64,000 nucleotides of DNA, from contig JAUFOQ010000001.1 of the NCBI GenBank assembly GCA_040285855.1, positions 1,922,001 through 1,986,000 on the forward strand. The letters run 5' to 3'. The position numbers and the translations under genes were made by a program. Of this stretch, positions 33,171 through 44,431 are shown one piece after another. Numbering within the stretch: position 1 is the stretch's first letter; every line of letters begins with the position of its first letter. This DNA comes from Eukaryota sp. GEM-RC1. Lineage: Eukaryota. The notes beneath the pieces are model-generated. The model made no database searches. It was not told the origin of the DNA and saw only the letters and a program-made list of their open reading frames with translations.

Positions 33171-35306
33171 TTGCCAATCAAAATCCAATCAAATTTTTCA
33201 AATATTTCAAACTCAAATTTTTCTTCTCAAAATTTTCAAATTTCAAATTTTTCCGATCAAATTTTTCCAGATCAAAATATTCCAAAATCAAATTTTTTAC
33301 CAGAACCAACTTTTTCACCGGTTACTGAAGGACCCTTGTTGTCTAGAGATCCGACTTATACACTGGATTCTCAATCTAATTTATCTGAATCGTTGGCTGA
33401 GAGTGGGGTCCACGGCCCTGACTCTGTGTCAGTCGCTAAGGAGCACCGCGGGGAAGAGGCGTTATGCCAGATACCCGTAGGACCTGAGACTGACTCGCAC
33501 TGGTCCGTGACTAGCAATAGTCGAAAGCCAGTCAACGATAATGAGCAATTTAGATGCTTTGTGCCACGGTGTGGAAAGGTCCTTCGGGATCGACAAGCAC
33601 TGACCAGGCACATAGCTGGACACAACTTGTCAGAGGATGTCTTGTTGCAAAACAAGTTCATCTACTGTACATGTGGGTCACTGGTTGCACAACTCTCGCT
33701 TAGGATGCACCAGTTGAAGAAGGGATGCAAGAGATCCTCTGTCGACCGTTTGACTTGTTTTGTCGGCAGTTGTCGGAGGAAGTTCAATCAAAGAAGGAAC
33801 TTTACAAGGCACTTGAGCCTATGTCACAAAACTGTTTCCGATGACTTGCTTGCAACACACGACTTTTGCCGTTGCCGCTGCAACAACATCTTCTCTTCTG
33901 ATGGTCTTGCCTTACACCTCAGACGCTGCAAAGCTCCTGTTGCGAAATCAGAAAGTCCTACTGTTGAACCCACTACTGAGCCTCCACTTGATGAGTCCCC
34001 ACTGTTTGATCTCCCCTCCCCATCTCCATCAACTAGTGTCTCCTCAGTTGTTGATGTATCTGAGTCTCCTCTGAAGTCGCCCTCGGTACAAGGTGTATCC
34101 CCTACACCAAAAGACTCCTCTGAGCATCTTTTGACCTCCTCCCCACTTCCAGAAAACAACTCATCAGTCATTTCTCCTGTTGACTCAGCTAGTGAATCCT
34201 CACCTTGTGGTTCTCAGTCTTCTTGTTCATCATCATCCTCCTCTTCTTCTTCATCTTTTCCATTCTTTCCTTCCCCCTCACTACCGTCTTCCTCTTCATC
34301 CATCCCTCTAAGACCATCTCCTCCAACCGGTCCAGAACAGCTTTCTCTTCGTCAGAGCTCCCTGGATATCTTTACCGATGGATCTTACTCCTCAGTCACG
34401 AAGACTGCTGGCTTTGGAGTCTTTTACTCTTATGATGATAAGGAAAGTCGCATCTACGGCCCTTCAGCATCGACTTATAACTGTGCTGAGTTTGAAGCTG
34501 TGGTTGTAGCTCTGCAGAGCCTAAAATCACTTGATTCTCCTCGGCGAGTCACTGTCTTCTCTGACTCCTCTCTAGTAGTTGATGCCTTGAACTTAAAGGC
34601 TAGGCTACGTGAGAAACGCCTGGCTGTATTTTACAACCGAATATTTGCTTTGCTAGAAGATGAATTGCTGAAGCCTTTCTCTATTTCTTTCAAGAAAATC
34701 CAGGCTCATAACCACAATGCTGGTAATGATGAAGCGGATCGTCTTGCCAAACTTGGCGCTTCAGGTCTGTCCTCTACAGATGCTGATCTTAACACTGTAT
34801 CTGATCGGCCTCAAGACAATCCAGTTGCTCCTGAAGTTGCTCCTGAATGCGATCTGCCCGCTCCTGATTCTGTCCTTACTGATAATTCCCAGAAATGCTT
34901 CTTGTGTCCTTTAACCTTTGCCCGAACTCGCTCGCTATGTACTCACATAGATCGGTGCCACCCTGAAGTAGACCAAGACACTCTTCTTGCTCATGGTCTT
35001 TGTCGTTGTCCTGCCTGTCCCAAGGTTTTCTCAACTCGAGGATTTGACAACCACTGGAAAACTCACTCCAGTGGTGAACAACAGTCCTTCATTCCTGAAC
35101 TCTCGCCCGATACACTGGTATCATTACTTACTTCATTTGCTTCTCTCCCTTACAGAAGACTTGGAAGCCAGAGGATCTTGGAACTCTGTTGTCTCCTTCA
35201 TCTCTACTTCCTCCCTGTCCTTAGAACAGAAGTGTCGCTTTCTTATGATCTTGCCTGTTGTTTGTTTGAAGCTGAACAGAGGCTCCTGCATGATCAATTT
35301 ACTTAG
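33171..35306 (+). CDS. Retroelement N-terminal part: three paired Zn-finger modules, Ser/Pro-rich linker and RNase H
   Basis: CFVPRC...HIAGH, CFVGSC...HLSLCH, CFLC...HIDRCH, each followed by a second CxC/CxxC finger. RNase H: IFTDGS, NCAEFEA, FSDS, QAH...GNDEADRLA. Confidence 0.88.
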   Translation: MPIKIQSNFSNISNSNFSSQNFQISNFSDQIFPDQNIPKSNFLPEPTFSPVTEGPLLSRDPTYTLDSQSNLSESLAESGVHGPDSVSVAKEHRGEEALCQIPVGPETDSHWSVTSNSRKPVNDNEQFRCFVPRCGKVLRDRQALTRHIAGHNLSEDVLLQNKFIYCTCGSLVAQLSLRMHQLKKGCKRSSVDRLTCFVGSCRRKFNQRRNFTRHLSLCHKTVSDDLLATHDFCRCRCNNIFSSDGLALHLRRCKAPVAKSESPTVEPTTEPPLDESPLFDLPSPSPSTSVSSVVDVSESPLKSPSVQGVSPTPKDSSEHLLTSSPLPENNSSVISPVDSASESSPCGSQSSCSSSSSSSSSSFPFFPSPSLPSSSSSIPLRPSPPTGPEQLSLRQSSLDIFTDGSYSSVTKTAGFGVFYSYDDKESRIYGPSASTYNCAEFEAVVVALQSLKSLDSPRRVTVFSDSSLVVDALNLKARLREKRLAVFYNRIFALLEDELLKPFSISFKKIQAHNHNAGNDEADRLAKLGASGLSSTDADLNTVSDRPQDNPVAPEVAPECDLPAPDSVLTDNSQKCFLCPLTFARTRSLCTHIDRCHPEVDQDTLLAHGLCRCPACPKVFSTRGFDNHWKTHSSGEQQSFIPELSPDTLVSLLTSFASLPYRRLGSQRILELCCLLHLYFLPVLRTEVSLSYDLACCLFEAEQRLLHDQFT

Positions 35307-37638
35307 GTTCTTGTCCGAGTTGTCCAAGGTTCAGCTTGGTGGATCTATTGCTGATCTACTAGCTAACCTTAGTTCTTCTGCTCCCCCTAAGTCCACGAAA
35401 GCTTCTTCCAGGACGAATACCAAACGGGTCCGCGAACTTATTAGTGACAACGAACTGTCACGAGCTCTTAGCATGCTTTCTAGAACAAACTCTAGTTGTT
35501 CTTTGACGAAGATTGAAGTCTTAGAAGAACTGAACCGCCTCCACCCACGAGATGAATCTCTCTCATCGATCGAAGTACCGGAATCTACTCCTTTCAGTGG
35601 ATTTCCAATCTCCTCCATTTCGAACGCTGCTCTATCATCTCCTGCTACTGAAGGTGGTATCTCGCATTGGCATGCAAAGTTGCTGAAGCCAGTCCTCTCT
35701 TCCGATCTCTTAAAATGCCTCCAGTACCTCACTGTGGGTTTGGCCAGGGGATCAATTTCAGACTGTCTTCGTTGGGCCTTAACTGCATCTCGTCTCTCAG
35801 CCATTCCCAAATCCTCCCGTGCTATCCGACCAATAGCTGTTGGTGAACTCTTTTATCGGATATCTGCTAAGGTACTGCTTGAAAAAGTTAATACGGATTA
35901 TCTGATATCATCTAACCAATTTGGAGTGAAGGTCCCTGGTGGTGCTGAAACTGTCATTCACTCCATCAGAGGCCAACTTGGCAAGAATTATTCTCACTGT
36001 ATTCAATTTGACATTAGCAATGCATTCAACGAAGCTGATCGTTCTAAGCTAGTTGAAGCTGTGTCGAATCACTGTCCCCGTTTGCTTCCTTTCCTGCAAA
36101 CATGTTACCTTTCTCCGTCTGCTCTCTTTCATAGTGGAACTGTCATCTACTCTGAAAAGGGTGTCAAACAAGGTGACCCTCTTGGCCCTTTACTCTTTTC
36201 CACCATTCTTGTGGATTCTATCAACTCCCTCCAATCCATGTTCCCTAACTCTCTATGTCTAGCTTACCTAGATGATCTCTTTGTTTTGACTTCAGAAAAT
36301 GATGTTCCGTCCCTTCTTAGTACTGTCTCTCGTCTTTTTTCTGATCTTGGTCTCCATGTGAATGAAGATAAAACTGAAGTTCACACACCTGATCAGACCT
36401 TTCGCGCCCTAGGTGCCTACATTGGTCCAAACGCTGAACAGCTTTTAATTGATTCAGTTCCATCTGAATTCAACCGTCTCCTAAGCTGTCTCGACTCTTT
36501 GTCCCTACAAGAACAACTCCTTCTTGTACGAATCTGTATTAACACAAGGATTGGATTCATAGCTCGAGTTCACCCACCGTCCGAATGTTCTCAAGCTCTC
36601 TCTCTTTGTCACCAAAGTCTTCTTGATTTTCTCACAATCCACATTGGTCTGACTATACCTTTCCCTGAACTGGTGTCTTTACCAGTCAGTCAATTTGGTG
36701 GTCTTGGTCTCACCAACTACCAGAAAATTTCTTCTCTCTGTCATGCAGCATCACTTTTTCTTGCTCATGACACCCTCAACAAACACTGCTCTTTTTACCC
36801 TCTAGACGACTTTGATGTCGCATCTGCGATGTCACTCATTCATCCCGTGCTTCCTGACCCAGAAAAAGCAACCAAAGTTCAAGCTCTCTTAACTCTAACC
36901 CATAACTTAGAGACTCTGAATTCACTGGTAGCTGACTTCCCTGCGTCAGAAAGACCAGGTGTTCTCTCCACCAAACAAATACTTTCTCCTGTTGAGAACA
37001 TCACTGCTCTTCCAGCTAGCTACTGTAATGACTTTCTTATGAATTGCAAACCACTAGCCCACTCCTCTCTTGTCTGTCTTCCTGCTTCTTCCAGTAAGTC
37101 TTTTACTGATGATGCTTTTCGATACTTTCTAAAAGCGAGACTTCTCTCTTTGCCCTTGGTAACTGAGTGCCCTCTATGTACTCATTCCGTGAGCTCAGTA
37201 TATCATAGTGCTAACTGTGAACAACTGAGTCTTATGCGAATTGATAAACATGACTCAGTTATCAGGCCTATTGCATCTGCAACTGGTCTCCTTCTCGAAC
37301 AGCCCCTGCCGAGCGGTCGCATTGATCTCCTGAAATCTGACTCTTCAGAGGGATATGACCTAACTCTTGTCGGTGGACATTCCACTTCTCTCTCAGTCGC
37401 TGTCTCTCGGGCTAAGAAGTCCAAAATCTCTCTCTACTCTCCTCACGTACCCTCCGTGGTACCTCTTGTTGCTCATCTCTCTGGTGGCTTGGACCCTGGC
37501 TTTGTCACTTTCCTTAGAAAGGCTGAGATTGGCCATCTCGGCAATGACATTGCCATCTTGATCATGAAGTTTAGTTATAAGATGCACTGTGTGTATCAGA
37601 AACTAGCTTCTGGTGTTTTAGTCTCTGATATTTCTTAG
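34987..37638 (+). CDS. Retroelement reverse transcriptase, Zn knuckle and restriction-like endonuclease
   Basis: RPIAVGE, QFGV..PGGAE, FDISNAFN, GVKQGDPLGPLLF, AYLDD, GGLG, CPLC...HSANC, RIDKHD, GRIDLL...YDLT...K. Probably continuous with the upstream ORF via a +1 shift near 35150. Confidence 0.92.
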   Translation: MLMVFVVVLPVPRFSQLEDLTTTGKLTPVVNNSPSFLNSRPIHWYHYLLHLLLSLTEDLEARGSWNSVVSFISTSSLSLEQKCRFLMILPVVCLKLNRGSCMINLLRFLSELSKVQLGGSIADLLANLSSSAPPKSTKASSRTNTKRVRELISDNELSRALSMLSRTNSSCSLTKIEVLEELNRLHPRDESLSSIEVPESTPFSGFPISSISNAALSSPATEGGISHWHAKLLKPVLSSDLLKCLQYLTVGLARGSISDCLRWALTASRLSAIPKSSRAIRPIAVGELFYRISAKVLLEKVNTDYLISSNQFGVKVPGGAETVIHSIRGQLGKNYSHCIQFDISNAFNEADRSKLVEAVSNHCPRLLPFLQTCYLSPSALFHSGTVIYSEKGVKQGDPLGPLLFSTILVDSINSLQSMFPNSLCLAYLDDLFVLTSENDVPSLLSTVSRLFSDLGLHVNEDKTEVHTPDQTFRALGAYIGPNAEQLLIDSVPSEFNRLLSCLDSLSLQEQLLLVRICINTRIGFIARVHPPSECSQALSLCHQSLLDFLTIHIGLTIPFPELVSLPVSQFGGLGLTNYQKISSLCHAASLFLAHDTLNKHCSFYPLDDFDVASAMSLIHPVLPDPEKATKVQALLTLTHNLETLNSLVADFPASERPGVLSTKQILSPVENITALPASYCNDFLMNCKPLAHSSLVCLPASSSKSFTDDAFRYFLKARLLSLPLVTECPLCTHSVSSVYHSANCEQLSLMRIDKHDSVIRPIASATGLLLEQPLPSGRIDLLKSDSSEGYDLTLVGGHSTSLSVAVSRAKKSKISLYSPHVPSVVPLVAHLSGGLDPGFVTFLRKAEIGHLGNDIAILIMKFSYKMHCVYQKLASGVLVSDIS

Positions 37639-37714
37639 TAATTATTATTATGTATATTATTTAACTACCTATAAAAAACTAATGATATCTGTGACAGCAG
37701 TTCTAAAAACGGAA

Positions 37715-38200
37715 TCAACAGTTAGCTCTTTGGTTGGCGGGACCGTCGGTCTTGGGATGCTCGTCTATCTGTTTCACGTGGTAAGTATAGTAGACGGTAC
37801 TATTCTCAATGGAACGATCTTCCCAGGTGGTGGTACCGTCCAACAAGCGTACTAGGTACTTGGGGTCTTGTGGATCAGTGAAGTCGTGGTCAATAAGCTT
37901 GTCAATAACTACTTCTTCGGAGTCAGTAGCAGCGTAGGCTTGCAAAACATTGTCTGCGTGGTTAGTAATACATGTGATCTTATTACTGAGAATACAGTTC
38001 GAAGGATGAAAAGAGACAGACTCGACCAAATAAATGCCAGTCCATTTACCATGGGTTTTAGAAGGGTGTTCGCATAGCTTAAGGACAAAGTCACCAGATT
38101 CGTCAATAAGCTTGTTGTTGGTGGTGTTGTTTGTGGGAGAGAGACGTTTTCTTGAGATTGGAGGTCTGTTCCGCCTCTTTCCATTTGTTGAGAATGATAG
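37715..38200 (-). pseudogene. Ty3/gypsy integrase C-terminal relic (GPY/F-like and chromodomain-like)
   Basis: GDFVLK...SKTHGKWTGIYLV followed, in a shifted frame, by VIDKLIDH...KYLVRLLDGTTTWE. Confidence 0.6.
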
Positions 38201-38686
38201 AAGTCTTTTGCGTTAGTACATAAGAGTTAGGTTGGATGTGATTGTCATGGGCACATTCTTGTATAACTTTCAAACTTTCGCAGGGCTAAAGCAGGGTTGC
38301 GATACCATTGGGCTGGGCTTGACTGTGATGTGACTTATTTGGACAGCTGTTATAAAGTACTGGCCCATGTAAGACACCATTAGTATATTAAATAAATACT
38401 GGCCTTGTGGGATGGTCCAATCATCACCCACCAATGTACACCCAGTTGTTTCAATAGTGTCTAGAAAGAGAGGTCTGCTCTAATAATTCCTGATGAATTA
38501 CTGGGCTCTCAGTGTACTTCAGAGTTTTAGCTGTAGTAGGTTTGTATTGACCATCAGTAGCAATCTTCATAGTGAAGTTGAATGACCTTGACTCAACCAA
38601 ATTAACACTAAGGAACTTCTATGCTATCAAAAGAGAGACTGACTAAATCACCCACTTTTTACACAACTTTACTTATCAGTTTTCTA

Positions 38687-39157
38687 TCAACTAATCCTCT
38701 TCAGTGTTACTATTGAAGAAGTATTACATCCTAGTTTTTTGGAGTATCCTTCTTCTGTAGTATCCTTAAATGGTTTAAGAAGTTGGATTAAGTTTCGAAT
38801 AGTGAAAAGAGAAGCTGAATCGATACGAAGGTAACTATATCCATTTTCTTGTGAACGAAATTGTTCGATTGAAAATGTCTGTTCAGCATAGTTTTTCAGA
38901 ATCATCATGATGATCAACGTACTGTTCCAGCGTGTTTTGACATCCAAAGGAATTGTTTTTGGGGTAGCAATTCCGTTTCTTTTACAAAATTCTACATAAG
39001 TCTGCTTAAACAAAGAGGAAGTATGTATCAAAAAACAAAAATTCCTTACAATTTGAATACGTTCTTCTAAAATTTTGTGGGCTTTTCCTACAACAATGTT
39101 CAAGAAATGAGCAATACAACGTCTTAAAAACATGATGCTGTAAGAGACCAAATACAT
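38687..39157 (-). pseudogene. hAT transposase fragment
   Basis: RCIAHFLNIVV (CxxH) and DVKTRWNST motifs. Confidence 0.85.
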
Positions 39158-40522
39158 GTTGTGTTCAAGTATTAGAAAATTGAATCATTTGTTGAACCAC
39201 TTCTAAAAGCTTTAGAGTTAAATAATTGAAATGACGAAAAATAGAACCAAGTTTCTGGTAAACGTAAAGCAAATATTGTTATGGTTGAATAGTATCGTAT
39301 TTACTGTTTTAAAACAATTCACCTAATCACTTCCAAAGCTTTTCTAGCCTTGAGTTTTATGTTCAGGACATATACATTTGTATACACTGAGATATACACT
39401 AAGTAACAATTCTATATACAGTTCATACACACATACAACAACAAATACAGGTATATAAATTACTTAATTCAGCAAAAGTCTAATCATAAGCCACAACACG
39501 TTTAACAGTCTAACTGAACGTCCAGTGCTATAAAGCAGAATATCCACATCAATGACTCAACCTCCACTTCAGAATCTCTACTCCACAATAATCTCAAAAA
39601 CCTACTAAAATTGACAAAGAATAGCGTTTTTCTGAAACTGAAAATGTCAGCATTGTAGAGTGTCAGGAACAGATGCAAATTCATGTTCCTAAAAAAAACA
39701 ACTTGGACAAGTAGTAATGAACTGAAAACTAAAAAATCAAAAAACTAACGAACAACTCTGTATTGTTTGTATATTATTTCTATTACTTAATACAATTTCT
39801 TTTCTTTATATACAATTGTTTTGTTTGTATTCTTTTGCAGGGCTACTCCGAGTCTCTGACACGGTCTCACTTTTAACTTCACAATAAAGAATATTAGCCT
39901 AAAGACACCAGTTTCTCAATATCAAACAACTAAATTGAACAACTGTACTTACGACAAAAGATTAACAATTTGATGACGATTTTAAAATTGAAAATTGAAA
40001 ACAATAATTCAGAAGATAGTTTATTTTTACGTGCTGCTTAATCAAGCTTTGGACAAAAGACTGTGTTTGATAAGCAATCAGCATTACCACGTGTTCTTCT
40101 TGTTCTACATGAGAAAATAGAAATTCAAGTATCCTTTACATCCTTCACATTCTTGTTTCACGTCTGACTGCTATAACTAACGACAATCAGCATTTGTCAA
40201 TAAAAATAGTGCATTGTATACACAGATCTATTTACAAGGAAGTACTACATTTCGTCTAATCGCTCCACTGATTTCAATCGAGTGTTAGAATAAATACTTT
40301 TCAAATTGACGTATCTGCGCGTAAGTTTTGAAGCACCCAGTAGGATTTCCATGGTGTTCGTAGTAACTACATTCTTCAAATCAGAGAGAAATTTTGAAAA
40401 GCAAATGCATTCTCAGCATTCTTGTAATGTGCCACCAACATATGATTATACAACATATTTTCCTCGCCAAACCAACATTGTTTCCAATGCTCCTAGTTCC
40501 GGGAAGAAATGCCCTGAAACTA

Positions 40523-42605
40523 CAGTATTCAGTGTATTTAGTCTGGATAAAGAATTAGTCTGGACTTAAATTAGTCTGGACCATACTAATTTATATTTTG
40601 ATCTCTTTCAAAAGATGGATTTTTTTACAACAATTAGTCTGGATAGCACAATTAATTGTTTAACATACTACACAACAAAGATATTAGACATATAAGTACT
40701 ACACTCTTCAGTAGCTGGTTGTGATTTCATTCAATTTCTTCACCCAATGTATGGTTCTCCAATTTTACAATCTTTCGCAAATGCAAGAGAGTCTCAAGCA
40801 CCTCGTGTCTTTCTTGTACAAGACTCATCAGACGATGACCTTCCTGAAATCCCTATCGACCAGCAACTCTCTCCCGAAAATGAACCTGAAAGACGTCGCC
40901 AGCGCCGCTGTCAAAACGTAGTTACACTTGCTGATAGAAAGAAGGTACTGGACTGGATGGAAACTTTTGTTCAGGAACATGATACTGAAACAGGACTGTT
41001 TGCGTCCACAGCACGCAAGTTTTCGCAATACTTCGGCGCTACAAGTTACAAAGCTAATGTAGAAAAGGCATCCAACTGGTGGAAGACCAGAGACACTTTC
41101 TGTCTTAAGTATTCAGAACTGACCAAAAGTGTTTCGTCACTGCAAAATGGTGTTAAAAGGACTATCCGTCGAAAAAGTTTCAATGGTAGAGGGCGACAAA
41201 GGTCCGATTGGGTTGTGTGGCTCTACGATATCCTTATTGATGAATTTCGGCGTTTGACTCGAGCTGGACTAAATGTTTCGAACTCTTTATTATTGGAAAT
41301 GGCTCAACACCTACTCTACCATTCTGATCATCCTATTTTCATTGCAACTTACGTTTGTCCAAGAGATAAGAAGCAGCAACCAATCGTTGAAAAGATCACA
41401 ACATCATGGATACAAGCATTTACAGTTTACTTCAATTTAGTGATTCGAAAGCAGACTGGTAAATTGAGTATCTCTCCTAGTAAAACAGCAGAAATCGAGC
41501 GTGAAGTTGCCTTTCACTTGGGGAAACTCAAACGCTTATTTGACAGTGGGGACTTAAACGAATACCTGGTGGAAAATTTTGATGAAACACATTTCATTTT
41601 GAATGTCGACTCTGGGTATACTTTAGCTCAAAGAGGTCAGAAAGAAATTAAGTATGCAGATGTTGTATCTGGTACGGTGGGATTTACTATGGTCGTCAGG
41701 TTAACAGGAGGAGCTCAAGGTAAGTTGACACCAATCTTTATTATTTTTCAGAATGCGAGTTCGTCGTATCCAATTCGTGATGTTGATGATGATATGCCTT
41801 TAGTTGGATACCGTTCATCAAAGAAGGGATGGATGACAAGAAAGTTGCTATCACAGTACTTTTCGAATCGTAAGGTATACAAGCGAGATCGTTATAACCG
41901 GCAGAAAATCATTTTTTGTGACAACGCTCCATGTCATATGAAGAACACTGAAGTAGATGAAGCACTTAACTCTTTGAAAGCGAAACTCGTATACCTTCCA
42001 AAAATGCAACTCATCTAGTCCAACCTGCTGACAGTTTTGTCATTCAAAAACTAAAAACAGTTTGGCTCAGGAAATGGAACAAGAAAAAGAAAAGACATGA
42101 TAGAAAGTGGACTATGGGCATCAAGTGGAAAGTTACAGAATCCAGGAAAGCACTACTCTTTGGAATTGGCAGAAGAGACTTTGAGAGAAGTAAACGACCA
42201 AAGAGATAAAAACGGATTAACGTATGCTCGTAAAGCAATGATTCTTTGTGGATTGTCGTTAAACACAAACGGATTATGGGAAACGAGACAGTTGAAACCA
42301 GAGCTGCAAGCAATCATAGCTAGGTATCCAGAAGAGTTTGACGGAAGGTTGCCAGACACTGTTTCTGACAGTGATTGGGTTTAGGGTAGATATAGTTGTA
42401 TGTTTCATAGTGTATCTGATACTACAAGTTGTAAAAAGTTGATCCAGATTAATTCTTTTCACTTAATATAGTCTGGTCCAGATTAATTCTTTTTTATATT
42501 TAATAGTCTGGACTTAAATTAGTCTGGACCAGACTAATTAAAGTTTTGAGCTATAAATATCACACTAGAAATTAGTCTGGTTCAGACTAAATACACTGAA
42601 TACTG
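40523..42605 (+). mobile_element. Complete pogo-like (Tc1/mariner superfamily) DNA transposon
   Basis: Perfect 23-bp TIRs CAGTATTCAGTGTATTTAGTCTG (40523-40545 / 42583-42605), TA on both sides, subterminal TAGTCTGG repeats. Confidence 0.95.
40747..42384 (+). CDS. pogo-like DDD transposase, two frameshifts in A-rich runs
   Basis: NFDET, FCDNAPCH and, after adding one A at about 42003, LPKNATHLVQPAD. A second shift near 42090 leads into ORF 42097-42384. Confidence 0.88.
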
Positions 42606-44431
42606 TAACTTTTGCTCCAAAGATACACCAATAGAGTTCGACTTAAAACTCCCGAAATTCTTAAACAACCCTTATCCTGGATCGGATACTTATACCGTTT
42701 CCAACCTCCTCCCTATTACTTCCACCACCTTAAACTCTAGCAAAATCTCTTCATACAAGCTCTCTAGCGACATCGTCTCTGTTCCTGAGGAAGTAACCTC
42801 CCCGTTGAGGCGAAAAAGGACGTTAGCTACAGCTACGGACAACCTCACGCTTTGAACTCAGTTCTTAGCAATGGCGCGAACGATCGAAGCATGAGAACCT
42901 GGATGCGGAGACTATGTTCAGAACTTCTTCCCCTCCGCACTCTAACTTGATGAAACTTATGACAAAAGATCACTTTCTTCAACTCGAGATCTTGATGAAA
43001 ACACTCTCAAGGTCATCGCTTGCCGAAGTTGAAAACAGATTAGATGGACCGCCCTTGTAGAATTTTCGAAGAGTCGCCGTCTGATGAAGAACATGTCTTG
43101 CCTATTGTTGTACCTCCTGTTGCCGCACCTGTTGGAGCTGTCTCCGGGTTGCTGAATGCTTGCCTCGAAGCTAGAGATCTCTTTTCTCCTCCTAGATCTC
43201 CTCCCATTGTTCATCGTTGATATTAAATTGATTGCACAATTGGCAAGATCATCTTATCTTCATCTTATTATAAATACAAAAATAAACATTGTTAATCAGT
43301 GTTGAGAATTCTGTGTGGGGAAATTCCTTCCCCACTGAATAGAACTACAGAGGAATAATAATACTAGGAAAAATATATAAGATGACAGAAACACGTTCAT
43401 CCGAATACAACAGCCAACAGGGTCTTCAAAGCTCGGCGGCTACGACTTGAAAACGAAATGTATAGGGACTGGTAACAACAAAGATGGATTAACACTAGTA
43501 GTTATGGCAAGCACGAAGTTCTATTAGAAGGCATTTACCTCGAAAGGGATGCTTGCCGGTAAGAGAACTAGCTACTGCATCCATGTTGGAAATCACAGTC
43601 ATACTACCACTACCTCAGATTAGTTAATAAAGTCATCATACTGAAAGAGACATCTTGATACAGATGTTGAAGCTGTGAAAATATTGAACAAATGCAAGTT
43701 ACTAGCCTTCTTAAGGATATAGGTCAAAATTCAAGGAGATACCTCACGAATCTTGGTGACTCAACAGGATTTCTGTTGTGACTGAGCAACACGTCATGTT
43801 TCAGGTATATATGTATGATGTATTCAGTACTGGGAAACAAGTACATGTACATGTTCTTTTATATAAAACAACTTGAAGCTTCTTAGATTTAGTCCTTTTG
43901 TGTTTCTCTTATTCAGGACATTGCTTCCACTTCTATTCTGCTTGTACTTTGCACCACTTTCTTTCACAATCTTGATGTTGCTTTGAGAAGAACCCTCCCC
44001 ATGTACTCTTTCAACAAACACCATCTTAGACCCACTCAAACAATACACCACGTAGAGAAGTTTCTTCGACTCAATTATGTCTTCCCTGGTGAATTCAACT
44101 CATCCCATGGTTCTCTAGTAAGTGATAATGTCAAATACCGAAGGTTGTCAGTATTCTAAGAAATTTACCGATTCAATTCTATGGACCTTCTTCAACGAGA
44201 AGCAGAATGGTGAAAAGTTGAACCAGTTCTCCAAGATAAAAGAGGGTTGAAGTTCTTGTTGAAGCAAATTTCTTTCTCCACATCATAATACTGGTTTCAG
44301 TACAATTTATACACAAATATATATAATGAAGTAAAACATGGATACTGTGATTTTCACATGAGATCCTTAATTCACATTTTCACTCTCAATTTTGGACCCA
44401 ATTTTTTCCTTCTTTCGTTTAGTGTTTCCAC

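Larger units (their letters stand above)
33121..37680 (+). mobile_element. Non-LTR retrotransposon, CRE/SLACS/MoTeR-like (RLE type), with RNase H
   Basis: Sharp rise in GC; Zn fingers, RNase H, RT, Zn knuckle and restriction-like endonuclease; AT-rich 3' tail at 37639-37680. Ends are approximate and no TSD was seen. Confidence 0.88.

Noticed and set aside
33140..33180. Telomeric repeat or spliced-leader target at the retroelement 5' end
   Set aside because: Only four imperfect GATTG(T/C) units; not a recognisable telomere or SL-RNA sequence.
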